In this document: positions 35,901-50,260 of the stretch, piece after piece
Layout: each line of letters begins with the position of its first letter
Position numbering within the stretch: position 1 is the stretch's first letter
Origin: Raillietiella orientalis
Taxonomy: Eukaryota
Length of the DNA: 64,000 bases
Assembly: GCA_036172245.1 (NCBI GenBank)
Contig: JAYWIR010000046.1
Span: 806,001 to 870,000 of the forward strand
Direction of reading: 5' to 3'
Notes under the pieces: generated by a model
Database searches by the model: none
What the model was told of the DNA's origin: nothing
Seen by the model: only the letters and a program-made list of their open reading frames with translations
Made by a program: the position numbers and the translations under genes

Positions 35901-38900
35901 CTTGAGTGCAAAAGACATTTTGGTTTTATCAGTTGTCATGATGTATACTGTCCGGATGGAAATGAGAAACCTTCCTAAATGCATGTCTTAGATCTCAAGG
36001 ACCTTTTCTTGTTCGTCTACTCCCATTCATTCGTCGTTTGTGACTAGATTCCATCTGTTCTGGTAGCTGCAGGTGAGCTGGCTCAAGTGTCATAAGAAAT
36101 GCAAATCGGAGGAGCGAAGCGGCAGCTGTCAGCTCCGGAATCGGAGAACGCGACGTCTTGGAAACAGAAAATGCTTGCTTGAGACATGAAGCTGAACCAG
36201 TCTGAAGCTGCTGAAGTCTGCATTTTTGTTTCTCAGAGATTCACACTCGGTGCCCCCATGTGTTTATGGATTCCACTGTGGTTTGCTCTGGAGTTTCTCA
36301 ACAAGCAAGGTCACAACTGACCGAAAATCGAAATTGAAAAATTATAGAGGAGGCGAATTTGCTGCTCTTCACATTAGGTCTTACTAGGGGGGGACGGACA
36401 AAGTGTTCCCCCATGGAAGCGAATGCTTGCAAAATGCCGTCAGTAGTGGCTGGTGGTTTATAAACTCAAATTTTCTAACGGTGTCGCGCGTGCACTGCGA
36501 AACCCCGAAACGCAAGGAAGCACTGCGGTTCGGAGGGTCGCATCCTGGGAGACCGTAGGCCTCATTTTCTGATAGACAAATTCCTCGGGGCCCTTCGAAC
36601 GGCGTCTGTGAGTTTTCAGCACTTCCTCTGAGCTGCTCACGCCCGAGTGCTTATGTACACGAGACATACGTACATGAATATGAATGTACATTCGTAAATG
36701 CACTTATATGCTTTCCTCATTTCTCTGTACTACTCTCGGAAGTAACATTATCTGTGAACTCACGCGTGAAGATGTGGCACTCATCGATTGTGCAAACACG
36801 ACACGTGGGTTCTAGGAGGCAGAATACGTATAGGAAGGAGCATGAACGCATGGGTACGTAACCCGATGTGACCCAGCATCACTACGACACGTCCCTGGAG
36901 CAGTTTGCATGCCTGCGTTTCTCTGAAGGAGACGGCGGACTGGGTGATGGTTCTGAGACAGGAAATCACATCCAGCTTGCTGGTCAGGTTGATTCAGAAA
37001 CGCATCCTGATTGGTTGTTCACTTCCGACAATCTCGCCGAGAATTTCCGTAGAAGGACAACATTTTGCTAGGGACGTGTGGTAGTCCTGCTACACGCCCC
37101 GCGGTGGAGACAGCTGGATGCGTGTGGAGGCGCAACGGTCGGATCTTTGAACGTGGAGAAGAGAGGAAGATGTTCTGCAGACGTTCACCTAGTTGTGGAA
37201 GTTTCAAGAGTGAAGGTTTCCGCAACCCAAGTATTTCAGGAAGGACTTCGAGCAGCGAAGAGAAATGATACCAGTTAGCGGGAAGGAAAAGTCGAAAGGA
37301 TCCACACCAGTCTAGGAAAACACCGGAAAGTGCCAGAAGGTGGAACTACATCACGTTGGATTATGCCGTTCAAAAGACATGTAAGAACTGCTAGTCTTGA
37401 ACTCATGGCCGGCTTTATAAAACTGCAAGCTTCTGTTTTCGAGCAGGAATAAGAGTCTCAGGAGAAGAGAATTCTCTGTTTATCTTTCCCTGGACGCTCA
37501 TGCACCTAGCGAGCGAACAGAGATGTGACAATCAGGAAGCTGGACATCGATGACAAATGGTGCTGTTCAAAAAAGAAAACCAATGTGTCCGGATTACTTC
37601 CACAATGGAGACAATGAAGCGAGCTCGATGGAGGCAAGTGAGCGCTCCAGCCGCAGCTTCGACATCCCTTTCTTTCCTGGTTGAAATTTCCGTTGCTGTC
37701 GCTGGAGGAGTGGCGCCTTCCCATGAGATGAAATAGACACCGCCGAAGTCCTGTCGATGCTGTTCGTCTCCAGTACCTTCGATCAAGCTTTCCAACAGGT
37801 CTTAGGTCTTAGGCTTCTTGCTATCCGCTCTTCTCTTAAGAGGAACGGAAAACGCAAGCAATGGCTGTCCTTTCCTAAGAAAAATTCCCAATCCCCCAGC
37901 CCTCCTTTTTGGTTTGCTTTGCTTCCCCCCCTTTCCTTCTTTCTCTTATGCCTTAGTTCCTTCCTGGCCAGTCGACGGGCTGCAGTTCCAGGAGGAAAAT
38001 TCCAAGAGGGCATTTTTGAAGAAGGTTGCCGGGCTCACATTCTGATTTTGTGGAGACATCTGCAGCCGTCACTGTCTTTTTGCAACTTTGTCAGCGGCAA
38101 GAAGGTCGGCTGTATCGTGCTCCGGACGCACTCGTAGGTATTCGTCCCTGAATACCTACGGTTCCCATAGCTACGTGGAAGGAAAAAGCGCTCTTTACAG
38201 CGACGAGGCGGACGGGAAGTCCTCCCCGTCCGTAATGGCGAACGTGGAGCGAGTCTCTCCTTGTCGACTCCAGACAATCTCCCTGTGGTCCAGGACGTCT
38301 TTCCTTCCTTTCCTTCATTCGGCACACCTGCCGTTGTGCGCGCTCTAAGCCGGGATGCTTGGTCTCAGGGAACCAGAGACCCAGAGACTACATCTCCCGC
38401 CTTGTTGCAACCTACCACTCCCACTCCTCAAACGTTCTTTTGGTCCCGAATGAGTAGGAGAATCTGGACCTTCTCACCAGGAAACAAGCCATCCATGGAA
38501 ACGGTAGTGCTATGTGAGACACGTTTTTCGAAGTCTCAGTCGCGCTCCAGGTTCACCAAACTGTAGCGGAGTTGCTTTGCAGGAGGAAGATTTGAGCCGT
38601 CTCCATGTAACAAGAGGTTAGCGAAAGGATGGATCTTTTAGCCTGAGTTTGAAGAGTCGGGGTTTGCTAGCTCTCTGTAGGAGCCAAGGACTCTTGGCGG
38701 TCGTCGAACCGTCTATTTTACTCTCCGAATGCTAGTCAAGCCCTTAGAACGGTGAGCAAGTAGAATGGACAGAAATGACAACAAAGATGCTTCTAGAGCA
38801 CTTGGAAACTCAAGGCTTGCCATGCATTTTCCCCATCAGCATCTACATGATTTCCTTTCAACGAGGTTTCTGCTGTTCCTGCTGTCGGAGGAAGCAAACA

Positions 38901-39430
38901 GAAGGAATTTTTAGGAAGGTTGAGGCATACTGAAGAAGACTCTCGAGCTGCTTGTTCTAATAGACGCACACGACGATTTGCAGATTTAGCTTCCGGTCGG
39001 TGGGAAGGAATTCGATCAGCTGGTGGCCGAACAACGGAACGAGCCAGGGCACCTCCTTTCGAGGTGATCTTCCACCCACCCAATGGACTTTTCAAGAGCG
39101 ACAATCTTCAGGGGTGGATCGAAATTGTCCTGATAGGCAGAACGTGGAACTGACCTAACTAACTTCCTGAAGTTTCTTGATGCTTTGGAACATTGGTGTG
39201 GTGAGCTCCACATTCTTATTCTGGAATGAGAGCGAACGAAAAGCGAACAAGTCAGCAAGATGAGAGGTGACCGACTGCAGTTTCCAAAGGAGGAAAAGGA
39301 GGCATGCAGCCATCTTGCAGTGCTCAAAGTGTTTCTTCGGGAAAGGAGGCACCAGAAGATCAGCAACAGAAAGTGCATCATGCTGTGGCGCTTCGGCGGT
39401 CCTTGGATACAGCCGGCTATGTAAGCGGAA

Positions 39431-39466
39431 GCTACACACTCGATCACTTGCGATCGAGTGTGTAGC
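39431..39466. repeat. Perfect 15-bp inverted repeat with a 6-nt loop
   Basis: GCTACACACTCGATC-ACTTGC-GATCGAGTGTGTAGC. Confidence 0.9.
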
Positions 39467-39999
39467 CCTCCCAGATCCCCTGCCCCCATAGTTGATGGGC
39501 ACAAGCCGAGGATGGCGACCGACGATGATCATGAGGTTCATTGGGGTGGTGGTGCCTTCTTCCCCTTGGGATGAAATGACCTCGGCTCATTTGGGTGTTT
39601 TGTTGGTGGGGAGAATGTCTTGGGCACAAGACAGCCAGCAGTTTCATGATGCAGCATCATCGATTGAGGGGCCGCAAGGCGCGCCATTACGTTTGCAGTC
39701 CTGAAGATCGCCTCAGGCGTTGTGAGAATCGGTTGCGAACTTCTTAGGAGTACAGCAGCCGGAGAAAGACGTCCAGGCGGAAGGAGATGGAAGGCCAGTA
39801 AGGAAAAGCGGAAGAAGCTCTTCCGTCTGTCTTCTGTACCTTCCTGCACCTTTCTCTCATGATCACTTTACTGCAATTTGAAGTGCGGAGGTTATGAGCA
39901 TCCAGGGTACAGGAGAAGGTGCGGAGCTGAAAGGAAGGGACATCATATGATTCCTGGAGAGCTGAGGACGAATACGCGGAAAAGATAAAACTGTCAAGT

Positions 40000-42900
40000 G
40001 CTCCAGAAATCCCCCGAGGCATTTCACAGGGAAGCGCTTAGCAGGAAGGATGCGTGCCTCCTCGCGTTCCCGTGGCATGGGATGCTCAGAAATGGACTTG
40101 CATGGATTCTTCCTGTCCAAGAAACCAGGCAAAAGAGCAAGGGGAGGAGCCAATGGCTTTGGATGATGCCCTCCGATCGGCGGCTCCTCTCGGCCGCAGG
40201 TCCAACAATCCACTTGAGAGCCCACCTCTCTCTTTCTTTTCTCCTCCCCACCCCACGCCTGATTCCTCTCCCTGTGCGCGCACTGCATTGCCTTCCTCCC
40301 GCGCCCACCTTCCGCTGCTGTGGATGCCACAAAGAAGGGGGGTAGAGAGAAACATGGAATGAGGTGGTCGGAAGAGGGACCGACTCTTCTCCCTCCCCCT
40401 GCGATTTCGATCTTCTCCCTCCTTCCTCTTCCATCTCCCCTCCCTCCCCCGCACCGCCGCCATCTCACGAATGCCTCCAGAGACAGCCTGGCGGCGAATT
40501 CCACTCTGGACGGAAGGCAGAGTCCTCGTAAGCGACATGGGGGAGGGATCGGAGGACGAGTTCCATCGGGGGGACCGGGAAATTCTGGGACGGAGGTCTA
40601 GTCCCTCGGGAGACAAGGAGGGATGCCGAGAGCCCTCGGAGGAGATCAGCACGGCAGGAAGGGCGAGTCGGAGGGGGGTGCACAAGAGAGCCCCGGAGGA
40701 AGGTCGCGGGCCGCCCCCGCGGTGACTTGGATCCCCCCACGCGCCACCGGCGAAGGGCGCGAGGTCTTCCTTGACTTTCGCTCTGCCTCTGGGCAGGTTT
40801 GGTGAATGGCGGGGGTGGCGTCGCGCCACCGCACCGGAGCAGGGACGACGCTGCGAGCGGACGGACAAGAGCAGCGCCCCTCCCCCCTGGGTCTTCGCCC
40901 TCCCTCTCCCCACCAGGGGAGTCCTCACACCTTCCCTGGACCGTGCGCCCGACACCCAGGCTATGGTCCGGCTTTCCTCTCAGAGGGAATTTGAGGGGGG
41001 GAAGGGAGAGGAGACTATGGGAAGCTTCTGGCCGCTCGGAGCCACCCACGCAAGAGAGGAGGCGACTCCACGACCCGGATCGCCCAGGACTTCCGACCGC
41101 GCTCAGGCTGGACTCCCCTCTCTTTCTTCTCCTCGTCCGGAGGACAGTCTGTCCGCTGCACTCTCTCCCCCTCCCCTTGCAAGAGGCGGGCAGTTTTCCA
41201 TCTCTCCCTCTCCTCTGGGGCCGGGGCAGAACCTGAGGAGGCGGCATCGTCCGCCGTGCGCGACGCTGCTGCAGCAGTGCGGCGGCGACGCGCACTCGTC
41301 GGGCGAGGGAGCGGAGGGGAGAGGAAGGGACGGCGTCCCCTTTCCCACCCCTCCCAGATGCGTGCGGAACAGTTGTTCCGGAGGAAGGGGAGATGCGGAA
41401 GCCGCTGCCCGGGAAGCCGAAGGACGCGCCGCTGGGAGGGAGGGATGACGAGCGGAGGTTGCGGGAGGGTGAAGGCCGCTAGGAGGCCTCAGCACGTGCC
41501 TCGGGGAGAGAGCGATTTCCAATTCTGCTGGGAAGGGGGTGGGGAGGGGATGCCAGAATAGGAGGAGAGGGGGAGGAGACGACCTCATCGGTGCGTAGAG
41601 TTGGCGATTAGGGCACCACGTGAGTGGGACTGGCTGTTCCCCACGGTGGCCGCCACCGCCATACCGGCTTTCCGCACGCCGGAGGACAGGCCGGAGAGCG
41701 ACGCTGTCGTCTTCCCCCCCCCCTTCCCCCGCCGCCGCGTCCTCCCGGAGGGGGTGCCGTGGGCCGCAGCTTCCCACGCGTGGCGAAGCATCCTTTCTTC
41801 TTCTCCTCCGCACGCTCTCTCTCGGCACCTTCCGAAGTGTGGCCGCCCCGCCGACGCAGCAGGCCAACGCGGAGGAACTCGCGCGCGCGCGGCGGCGCCT
41901 CCGCCTTCCTCCCCCCCCTCCTCCTCACGCCCGGGAGCCGCGGCGACCGGAGGCGCGCGCGCGTAGGCATGGCAACCCGTCTCCCGCTCTTCGTCTCCCC
42001 CTCCTTCCTGGAGGCACACATCGGGAGCCGCGCAAGATGGCGAACAAAGGCCGGCGGCGGCGGCGGCGAAAGAGAGAAAGGGAAGGTCGCTGAAGGTGGT
42101 CAGCTCGCCCGATATGGCAAGACAAGGTCTGGCGTGGTGCCGTGCGCGCCCGGCCAGCCCGGCCCGGCCCCCTCTGCGCGCGCGCGCTCGCATGACCGAA
42201 GCGCGCGCGCGCGCCTTCCTCCTCAGTTGGCGAAGCAGCCGGCCGCGGGCGCGTGGTCCCGCGGAGTGCACTCGACGGACATCCCTGCCGGGCAGCATCC
42301 TCAGCATCCGCAGCCGCCTCGAAGGAAGATCCCCCTTGCCCTTTCCCTCCTCTCTCTCCTTTCCCGCCACCTCCATCGCCGTCGCCCGTAGGGGGGCGCA
42401 CGCTGGCGCTCCCGCCGCCGGAGACGTCCGCGGCCCGAGGAGGACCGACTCTTCCAGGAGGCCCCCCAAGTGGGGGCATCCCAGCAGGATAACGCAGGAG
42501 GATCCCGGCAGCCGCTGCCTCCTGGACAGGGGAGGAAGAGGACTCAGAGTAAGGATGCCGCCCTTTACCTCCCTCCCCCGCGCTCTCCCTGCTTCCTGGG
42601 AGCTCCCTTAGTGGATCCTCTCCCCTCGGAAAAGGGAACCCCCTCCCGTTTCGCGCGCGCCGTCATGGAGAAGGGGGGCGGAGGGAGGGGTCCCGTCTCC
42701 TCTGAGCTCTCGGACGGGTCACGTGAAGGTTGACCCGCGCGCGCCCTCTCCGCCCATGCGCCTCCCTTTCTCCCCACTTGGGGCGCCGTAAGGAAAGAGG
42801 GGTCAGCGAGGGGTCGCTCAGCCACCGCCTCCTGGAACCGTCGCGCGACCGCCCCGAGAACCTTACGCGGTGGGCGGAGGGCCCCTGAGTGAGGGGGCGC

Positions 42901-45900
42901 TCTCCTGCCCGTTCCTCCTCTTCCTCGTTCGAGAAGGAGAGGGCCTCCCTTTCTCTCCCTCTCTTACGCGGGGGACGCGCATCCCTCTCCAAGGGGAGCG
43001 GCGACTCGCCTTGGAGAGGGACGGTGCACCGGAGAGGGTGGAAATCTACCTAGGCGGTCCCTGGAGAGCCCTCCTAGCTCAGGGCAGGGGACAGGAACAG
43101 GTCTGGTGTCCATGCCAGCTTCTCCCCTGGGCACCCCACCCCCGCCCGAAAGGCATGCGCCCCTCCCCCTTCAACTACCCGCGGTCGCTCATCCCGCGAG
43201 GAAGGCTGGCGGTCCGCAGGTCGCGAAAGAGGAGGAGGAGGGGGGGGGACTGCTGCTGCTGGTGGACGATGCTGACATTTCAAGGTCAAAACTCGCGGGA
43301 GGACCCAACCGCTCGCGCGCGCGGGCGTGCAGTCCGGGCAGGGAAGAATCCCACGCGCTCGGCACTCCTCCCCCGCCGCCGCCGCGTTTTCGTCAGCAGG
43401 AAGACCGGAAGGCCTCGCTGAAGAGGAGGGGGAGGAGGGAGCGACCTTCCGCGTGTGGCCTCAGGAGATCGAGTGGCCGCGAGTGCAGGGCAGTGGGGAG
43501 AAGGGAGACAAGGAAGGAGGAGGAGGAGGAAGGAGGGAAGGAGAGAGGGAACGGGAAGGGGGTGGAGGCAGGCGGACACGTGCCTGATCCAGGGGGGAGC
43601 GTGTCTTCCTCCCCTTCCCTCCTCTCCTCGAGGATGCTCTCCTAGGGCATTTGTCCCTAGGAAGGACGCGCTCTAAAGGGAGGGAGGGGCGACGTCCGGC
43701 CAGAATGCTCTCGTGGGCCTCCGGCCCCCCGCGGGCCCTTCCAGCAGCTGCCGCTCCGGTCGCCCCGCTCCCACGAAACACGCGAGATTTCCCCCCTCCC
43801 CCCCCCCCTTCTCTGCAGCCAGCCGTTGTCGAGGACACCGAAGCTCACTGTCTCCCTAGCAAAAACACCGGCAGCGCACAGAGCAGGGCACCGGCGCACT
43901 CCAAGGGGGTGAGCGCAACGAAGGGAGGGAGGGGCGTGCAGAAGCGTCCCTTCCAGAGGAGAGGCAGCCCCAGCGAGGGCGGTCCGTGTCCCAGGGACGG
44001 CGGAGTCGTGTGGGGGCGGGGCGGCAGCCGGCGCCTCGCGGGGAAGAGGAGGTAGGCGTGGGGAGGGAGGGGGGGAGGAAAGAGAAAGGGGCGGGGCAGG
44101 GGGGACGCGCCCGCCCACGCAGCCTCCGCACATTGCGGTGAAGGCATCGTCTCTAGGCGCTCGCGCGACCTGAGGTGCTCCCTCGCGATGGCAACGAGAA
44201 CGGGACGCTCCAGGACGCGATGCGACTGTTCCGGAAAACAAGGGGGACGGGGAAAGGTGGCGCTCGCCTTTCGGTTGGGGTCTCCCCGCCTCCGCGGGCA
44301 ATGCCGGACGCTACTGGCCTCTCCGCCGTCCCCCGCGGAGGCCGGCGGCGGGGAAGGGCGATGCGCCGTCGTTCACGTGGGCGACGGCAATTGCCCAATC
44401 GCCAGCTCGAGGGGAGAAACCGCCCCCGTGAGTACGCGTGTCCCGTGACCCCACTTTCGTTTCTTCCGCTCGCGTCTCCGCGCCCGTCGTGGCCCTCCCC
44501 ATGCCCACCGCCGCCAGCTGGGCTCGCGCGCAAGCGCCCCGGCACGGCGTCTCGGGAGATTTGAAGGGAGGGAGGGGGGAACGATAGTCGGACTCTGGTT
44601 GCGTGACCTGCCTGCTGCCGGAGAGCTGACCACATATCCTCGGCTGCCCGAAGGGCCCCCTTCCTCCTCCAATGGAAGAGAGGGTAGTGGATGGGGGTGT
44701 TTCTCCCCTTCCCTCCCCCTTCTCCCGTTAAGCCTCTCCAAAGCCGAGGCCACCGAAGTCGGACGGGGTATGCGCAATGTTCAGAGTGTCAGAACACGCT
44801 CCAGACGACTTGGAGACCTCGCCGAGGAGCCGGATGTGACCGCCACTGTCCCCATGACGGGGGGACAGGAAGGGACGCCTCAGTGGCCTTCCCGGCGACA
44901 GGTGGCGCGCGCTTTCGAGGCAGCTCGGATACGAGGAGGGGTCGAGAGGCGTGGCGCGGCGACGGGGGCCTGGGGAAGCCTCCCGAAATGAGAAGCAGCG
45001 GCCCCGGAAACGACAGGAAAACCGTCGTTCGGGACGTCTTCTTCCCCGGCCCTTGGCCGGCGGAGTCCTCACGCGCGGCTTACGTCACGCGCCGCCTCCG
45101 CTCGTCCTGCTAAGGCGATGCGTCTGCTGTCCTCGGAGGCGTTCTCCGGGCGGCGGCAGGGTAGAGGTAGGGACCTCCTAGAGAGAGTGCGCTCGCCTTC
45201 GAGGAAGCAGGGAGCTTCCTCGCCCTGGGAGGCTCTGCTTCCGTCTCCACAGCGACCGCCGAGAAGACGGCCGGCCTGCACCAGAAGGGAAGGGCAGCGA
45301 CAAGGGAGGTGCATAGTCGGTGAGGCGGTGGCGGTCCGGAGGGATGCGAGAGAGGGGCAGGGAGGAGATGATTGTTCCAATGCTCTACAGGAGACTCAGC
45401 ACACGCGTGCGCGCCAGGCTGGCGCTTCTCCGAAGCGCCCTCAGCGTTGCCAGGCTACGTCCCTCCAGAGTCCCTCCAATTTCTCCTCAACGCCTTGTTC
45501 TCCGGCACCTGCAAGCGTCTGCAGCCGCAGCCTACAGCCTCCGCTTTGGCGGCGGCGGCCTTCTTCCGTCGATGCAGCCCTGGAGACGGCCGGAAAGATA
45601 GGAAAAAAAAAAAAGAAAAGGAAGGAGGGGAGGGAGAAGAGAGGAAAAAAAAGTAGAAATTCCGCATCTGCGTCGCTGCTGCGAGCGTCCGCCCGGAGGA
45701 CGCTCGTGGAGCCGACAGCTTCCGGGGCGAAAGCTGAGCTGCCTCTCTCTGCGAAAGTCCCAGGTGCCGTGGTTTCCTTGATTTGCGCGCCGGGCGAGGG
45801 ATGAAGCGGTTTCGAGACTGGAGTCTTCCGAGTGCCAGGAAAACTCCCGCGGAGCTCGCGACCTCCGCTCCGACGGCCAGGAAAGCGCGCTCACGGGGCT

Positions 45901-47800
45901 TCCAGAGGGCTCCCTACAGACTACCGCGCTGAGCTGCCCTTTCACGGGTTGGGCGGGGATCCGCCGAACGCTGCCGGAGGGATGTCGGACCTCAACTCGG
46001 GAAACGGGGACGATGGACTTGCCAGGCAACCCCTTCCTCCGCCCCGGTAAATCCCCTAAGCCAGGTCCTCCGCCGGAAACATCCCCTGCGCCGCTCCCTG
46101 CAGTCTGCCCTCGTTCGCGCCGGGATTCTCGGGATGCTGGACTCTCTATCGCCTTCCTTCGGGTTACCATGCCCTTAGCAGTCCTCTGCTCGTTGAACGC
46201 AGCCGGGCCAGCGGCGTACCGAGGGCCGGTGCGTATCTTTTCAGGGCTCGCAAAACCTGCCAAGGACCAGGGAGGTGCGAAGCACTAGCAGAAGCTCCAG
46301 AGAGTGCGTTTTCCTTCGAGTAATTGGCTCTTTAGCCGGTCGCTAAGCAACCCCGTTTCGGGGCCAGTAATGAGAAGGTTCAGCTTAATGAGGGTTCAGT
46401 GGATGTCAGCGGGCGACAGGAGTCCGGCTGCACCCTCGCGTTCCTTCCGTCTCTTCGTCTCGTGTAGTGCCCGGTCCATCTGTCGCTCACCGCGAGCAGC
46501 CCGCGCAGGCTCTCGGAGAGAGAGAGGGGGGGGAGGGAGGGACACCATAGGCCTCCGGCGTTCCTTTTCAAGAAGGCCCCGTGTGCACAGCGGACGGGGC
46601 TCAAAGCGGCGAGCGGCATGGAAGTCGCCGCGAGTTTTGGCCGCATGGTCACCTGCGACTGCTTTCGAAGCGTTTGCCGGCGAAGCGCCTGGGGGGCTGG
46701 ATGCGCGCGCGTAGCGCTTCCTTCCGCGGAAATAAACAACCCCGCTCTGCAGAGCTTGCCGACAAGAGACAGTTATGGACGTCCTGGCACAGAGACGTAC
46801 CAGAAGCGGAGGAGGAAGAAGACAAAGGAATCCAGCATCTTTCGCGTATGCGGCGCGACACGCTTGCCTCCATCCCGTCCTGAGACCTCGGGCGTGCAGC
46901 AACAAATGGACGCGGCTCTCTGTGAATTTCTGCACTGCAGCTTCCGGCACGTGACAGCTGCAAATGACAGATGTGGCGGGAGTGTGAAAGAGATGAAACA
47001 TCAGCGTCTCTCCTTAACTCTTTCTCTTTGCTGCGTGAAAGAACAATGGGAAGCTCCCTCGGGATCAAAGCCATCCATCTACCTGCGCCGAACTCCTGAC
47101 TCCATCGATCAGTACCCCAAGTCGAGGGAATCCAAGTGGTCAATGGGTGGCTGGGCTCAAAGTCCAACCTCCCTTTCACAAACCCCGGTGTTATTTCGGG
47201 CGTGATGGCTTCGGAGGCATCTCAAGCAGTCCAGGAATCTTCTCCTGCGCCCGCAGAAGAGTGACGGAAAGCTCCGTCCCCTTCGCGACGGCGCTTTGAG
47301 CACGCATGGATTTCAGCTGCGGCACTGGCGGCACGGCCAGCAGCAGGGTGGCGGAGTTTTCTCCCCTTTCGTGCTGGACGCCGAGCGTGCCACGAAGAGG
47401 TGAGAAGCGCACCTCGTCGCTCTCGGGAGCTCTTGCGAGCGAGCTTCTCTGGTGCGTAGGTGTGAGCACTCTGCGTTTCTCCAAGAGGAGGGAGAGTCAC
47501 GAGACTTCCAGTCTCGCGGGTGGGAGCTCTGCAGATCGCGGGTGTTTCCGCCGGAGACGCTTCTCCAAGAAAACAAATGGCGCGCGCGGAGGGCTCGCAC
47601 TGTGAGGAAAGGTGAGACGCCAAGCACAAGAGGAGGAACCACGCAAGGGTTGGGAACCGTTCAGAAGACGAGGGAGAGAGAGGGGGGGGGGGAAGTATGG
47701 CTTCTCTCTTGCACTTGCTCGGCGGCGGAACTTTACACTACCCTTTCCTGAAGGAAAAAAAAGGGCCGCGTCCACCGCATCTCTCATTTCATCTCTTTCG
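40000..47800. other. Extended GC/CpG-rich low-complexity domain (CpG-island-like) with purine/pyrimidine tracts and G-runs
   Basis: Dense CGCGCG, GGAGG and CCCTCC tracts; overlapping ORFs in all six frames with no recognisable domain. Confidence 0.7.
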
Positions 47801-48526
47801 CCATCTCCAGCGCAGACGGAGGAGCTTTCGGAGGGATGTCGTAACCTCCCTCCGGAAGCTTGCGGTTCTCGGAGTTTCAGGGATGCGCTCCGGAATTGAT
47901 GCTCCATTCCCGCTCATTCGAGGTGAGATCGCTATTGCGTACCGGAGGAGGAGGAGGAGGGAGGAAAGTGCGTCCTACCATGGAGACACACAAGGTGCTT
48001 TGGAGAATGGGAATGGGAGGGGCCCATCCATTCTTCCGAGGCCCAATGATGCTTTCGATGATGATTTCTCTCTAAGTGCTTGCACCCCTTCTCATGAGAG
48101 CATTCTCCTTCCCCTCCCCTCTCCTCCCCTCATACCCGTTACAGCACGAGGTGCAGAGAGGAAAAGAATAACCCTTTCTGTTCTTGGAGTCGATCGGAGC
48201 ACCTGGCTCCGAGTAGGCGTGCTTAGGCGGTGCCGGAATGCTTCAAGGGAGGAAGCACCGAGGTCATCAGACCTTGGTCATTCCCCCTTGGGCACATACG
48301 TGGAAAGCGAGTCTTTTTCCTTCTCCGCAGACCATCCCTTCTTATTTGCGGTGTTTCCTGCTCGGCATCTTTTCCGGGAGATCGTTCCACCTGTGACCTT
48401 GGAAGGATCTTAGGTGCGCGGCCCAAGATCCTTGCTTCCCACTCTGCCTCGCCAAAGTCCTCACCGCAAAAAAGCTCTCCAAAAAAAGCTCCTTCTACTC
48501 TTTTCAGATCTCTAGGCGAGGAAACC

Positions 48527-50260
48527 ATGCGCCGCGCCGACCTTAGAAGGAGTGATTCCTTGCACGTGCACTCTCCCTGCGACCCCTCTCTGAAGAAGGT
48601 TTCCTTTCTGAGGGATCCCCGCAGGGAGCAGGCGACCATGATAGACCGGCTGGGCAACCCAGTCACCGTTCTCCCTGCCTACGCGGACCCCAAGGCGTGG
48701 TTCTCCTCCAGGAGGCTGGAGCCAAGGAAAGACTTGGCCGGACTCGGCCAGCTCTACAGGAACGCCGGCAGGGATTCCGACCAGCTCCGCCGGGACGAGT
48801 TCCAGTGGCAGCCCTCGGGCTACGGGGGAAGCGCGCGGACCCCGATCCACAGGAACAGGAACGGCGTCTGCGCGCGCCAGCCGGTCAGCATCCCAAGGCT
48901 GCAGAACTTCCACAGGTCGAGAACCAGGAACGAGTCCCATTATGAGATCGAGCAGCACGCGGACTCTCCGAACCGCAAGCATTCAGAGTACCGGAAGCTG
49001 GTCGGTCTGGACCAGAATTCCAACTGCATGGATTCGGACGAAGAGTTCTCCTCCGGGTTCCACGAGCCCAGGTCGTGGAACCGGTCAAGTAGCGAGAACC
49101 AGGTGAACTCCCTGGTGGCGCACTTCAACGAGAGGGCGCGCCACAAGCTGCTCCCGGAAAGAAGCAGGGCGCGGGAGAGATCCTGGGAAGAGGCGCTTCC
49201 TTCTGCCTCCGTGTACCCGACGCAGGACAGGATGCTCAATGGCAACAGGCCGTTCTCCTACCTGAGCAGCGAGAGCAGCCTCTGGAGCTGCTCCCGGGAT
49301 CCGAGGCCTGAGCTGGTGGCGGGAGGCCGCAGGGTCCCCGGCCACGCTCCGAGAAGGTCGCCCGGCTTCGCGTCCTCCTCCTCCAAGGAAAATCGGGAGA
49401 GCTCCCGGCTCGGCGCGTTCCTCGACAGCCGGGGGTCGAACTCGGAGAGCGACGAGGAAGAGGAGGAGGAGTTCGGCGAGCCCATCAGGAGAAGCTTCGC
49501 GGGGTCCGCGGCCACCCTGCCCGGAAGAGGCTCCTCTCACACGCAGGTCAGGGCTCTCAGGGAAAACGCGATCCTCCGTCCACCGCCCACCACGCTCCTC
49601 GGCGCTTCGAACGTCCTGCCGGATAGCCTGAAGGTCCTGTCGGACGTGCGGTACTCTAGGGAGCGCGGGAGCGCCCATGTGTTCCGAGGGTGCAGCAGCA
49701 GCCCTCGTAGGAACAGGACCTCCTCCCCGGGATGGAAGGAGGAGGCCGCCGCAAGGTACGTCGTGGACGCCCAACCGCCGACCGGGAACGTCGGCCACGC
49801 CAGCGATTCCAACGACTCCGCCGCATCCTTCGGAGAGAGACAAAGGGCTCGAGAGCAGAGGGCAACCCGTCTCCTGCACGCTTCTACCTCCTCCGAGAAG
49901 GGAAGGCCCGGAGAAAGCGCTCCCTCGCGGTCGCGAGGCAGTCCCGGATCCTCCAGGCAGCACGCGGGCGCGCCCCCCTCGAGGATCGCCGAGAAGCCCA
50001 AGAGGATCAGGGTCGTCTTCGATCCCAAGCCCGCCAGGTCTGTCACTCCCGACCACTCGGAGAGTCCAGAGGAGAAGCGTGTCGACTACAGCAGGGACAG
50101 CAGGAAGGCAACCCATCCCCCCGGTGGCGTCCAGAGCAGCTCGGACGCCTCGAGCAAGCATCTCGGCAAGCCGGCGGGAAGGACAAAGCATTTTTCCCTC
50201 AGCGACCTGTTCCGAAGGTCTGCCACGAAGGAGAGGAAGCTGGACGACGCTCAGAGGAAG
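48527..50260 (+). CDS. Large first coding exon (578 codons) of an unidentified S/R/E-rich, probably disordered protein; downstream exons not identified
   Basis: TTTTCAG acceptor at 48501-48507, AACCATG start, long open frame with G/C-rich third positions, AAG|GTGAGT donor at 50260/50261. Confidence 0.6.

Noticed and set aside
40000..47800. Numerous overlapping ORFs as genes
   Set aside because: Expected from the scarcity of stop codons at high GC; no domains and no consistent frame.
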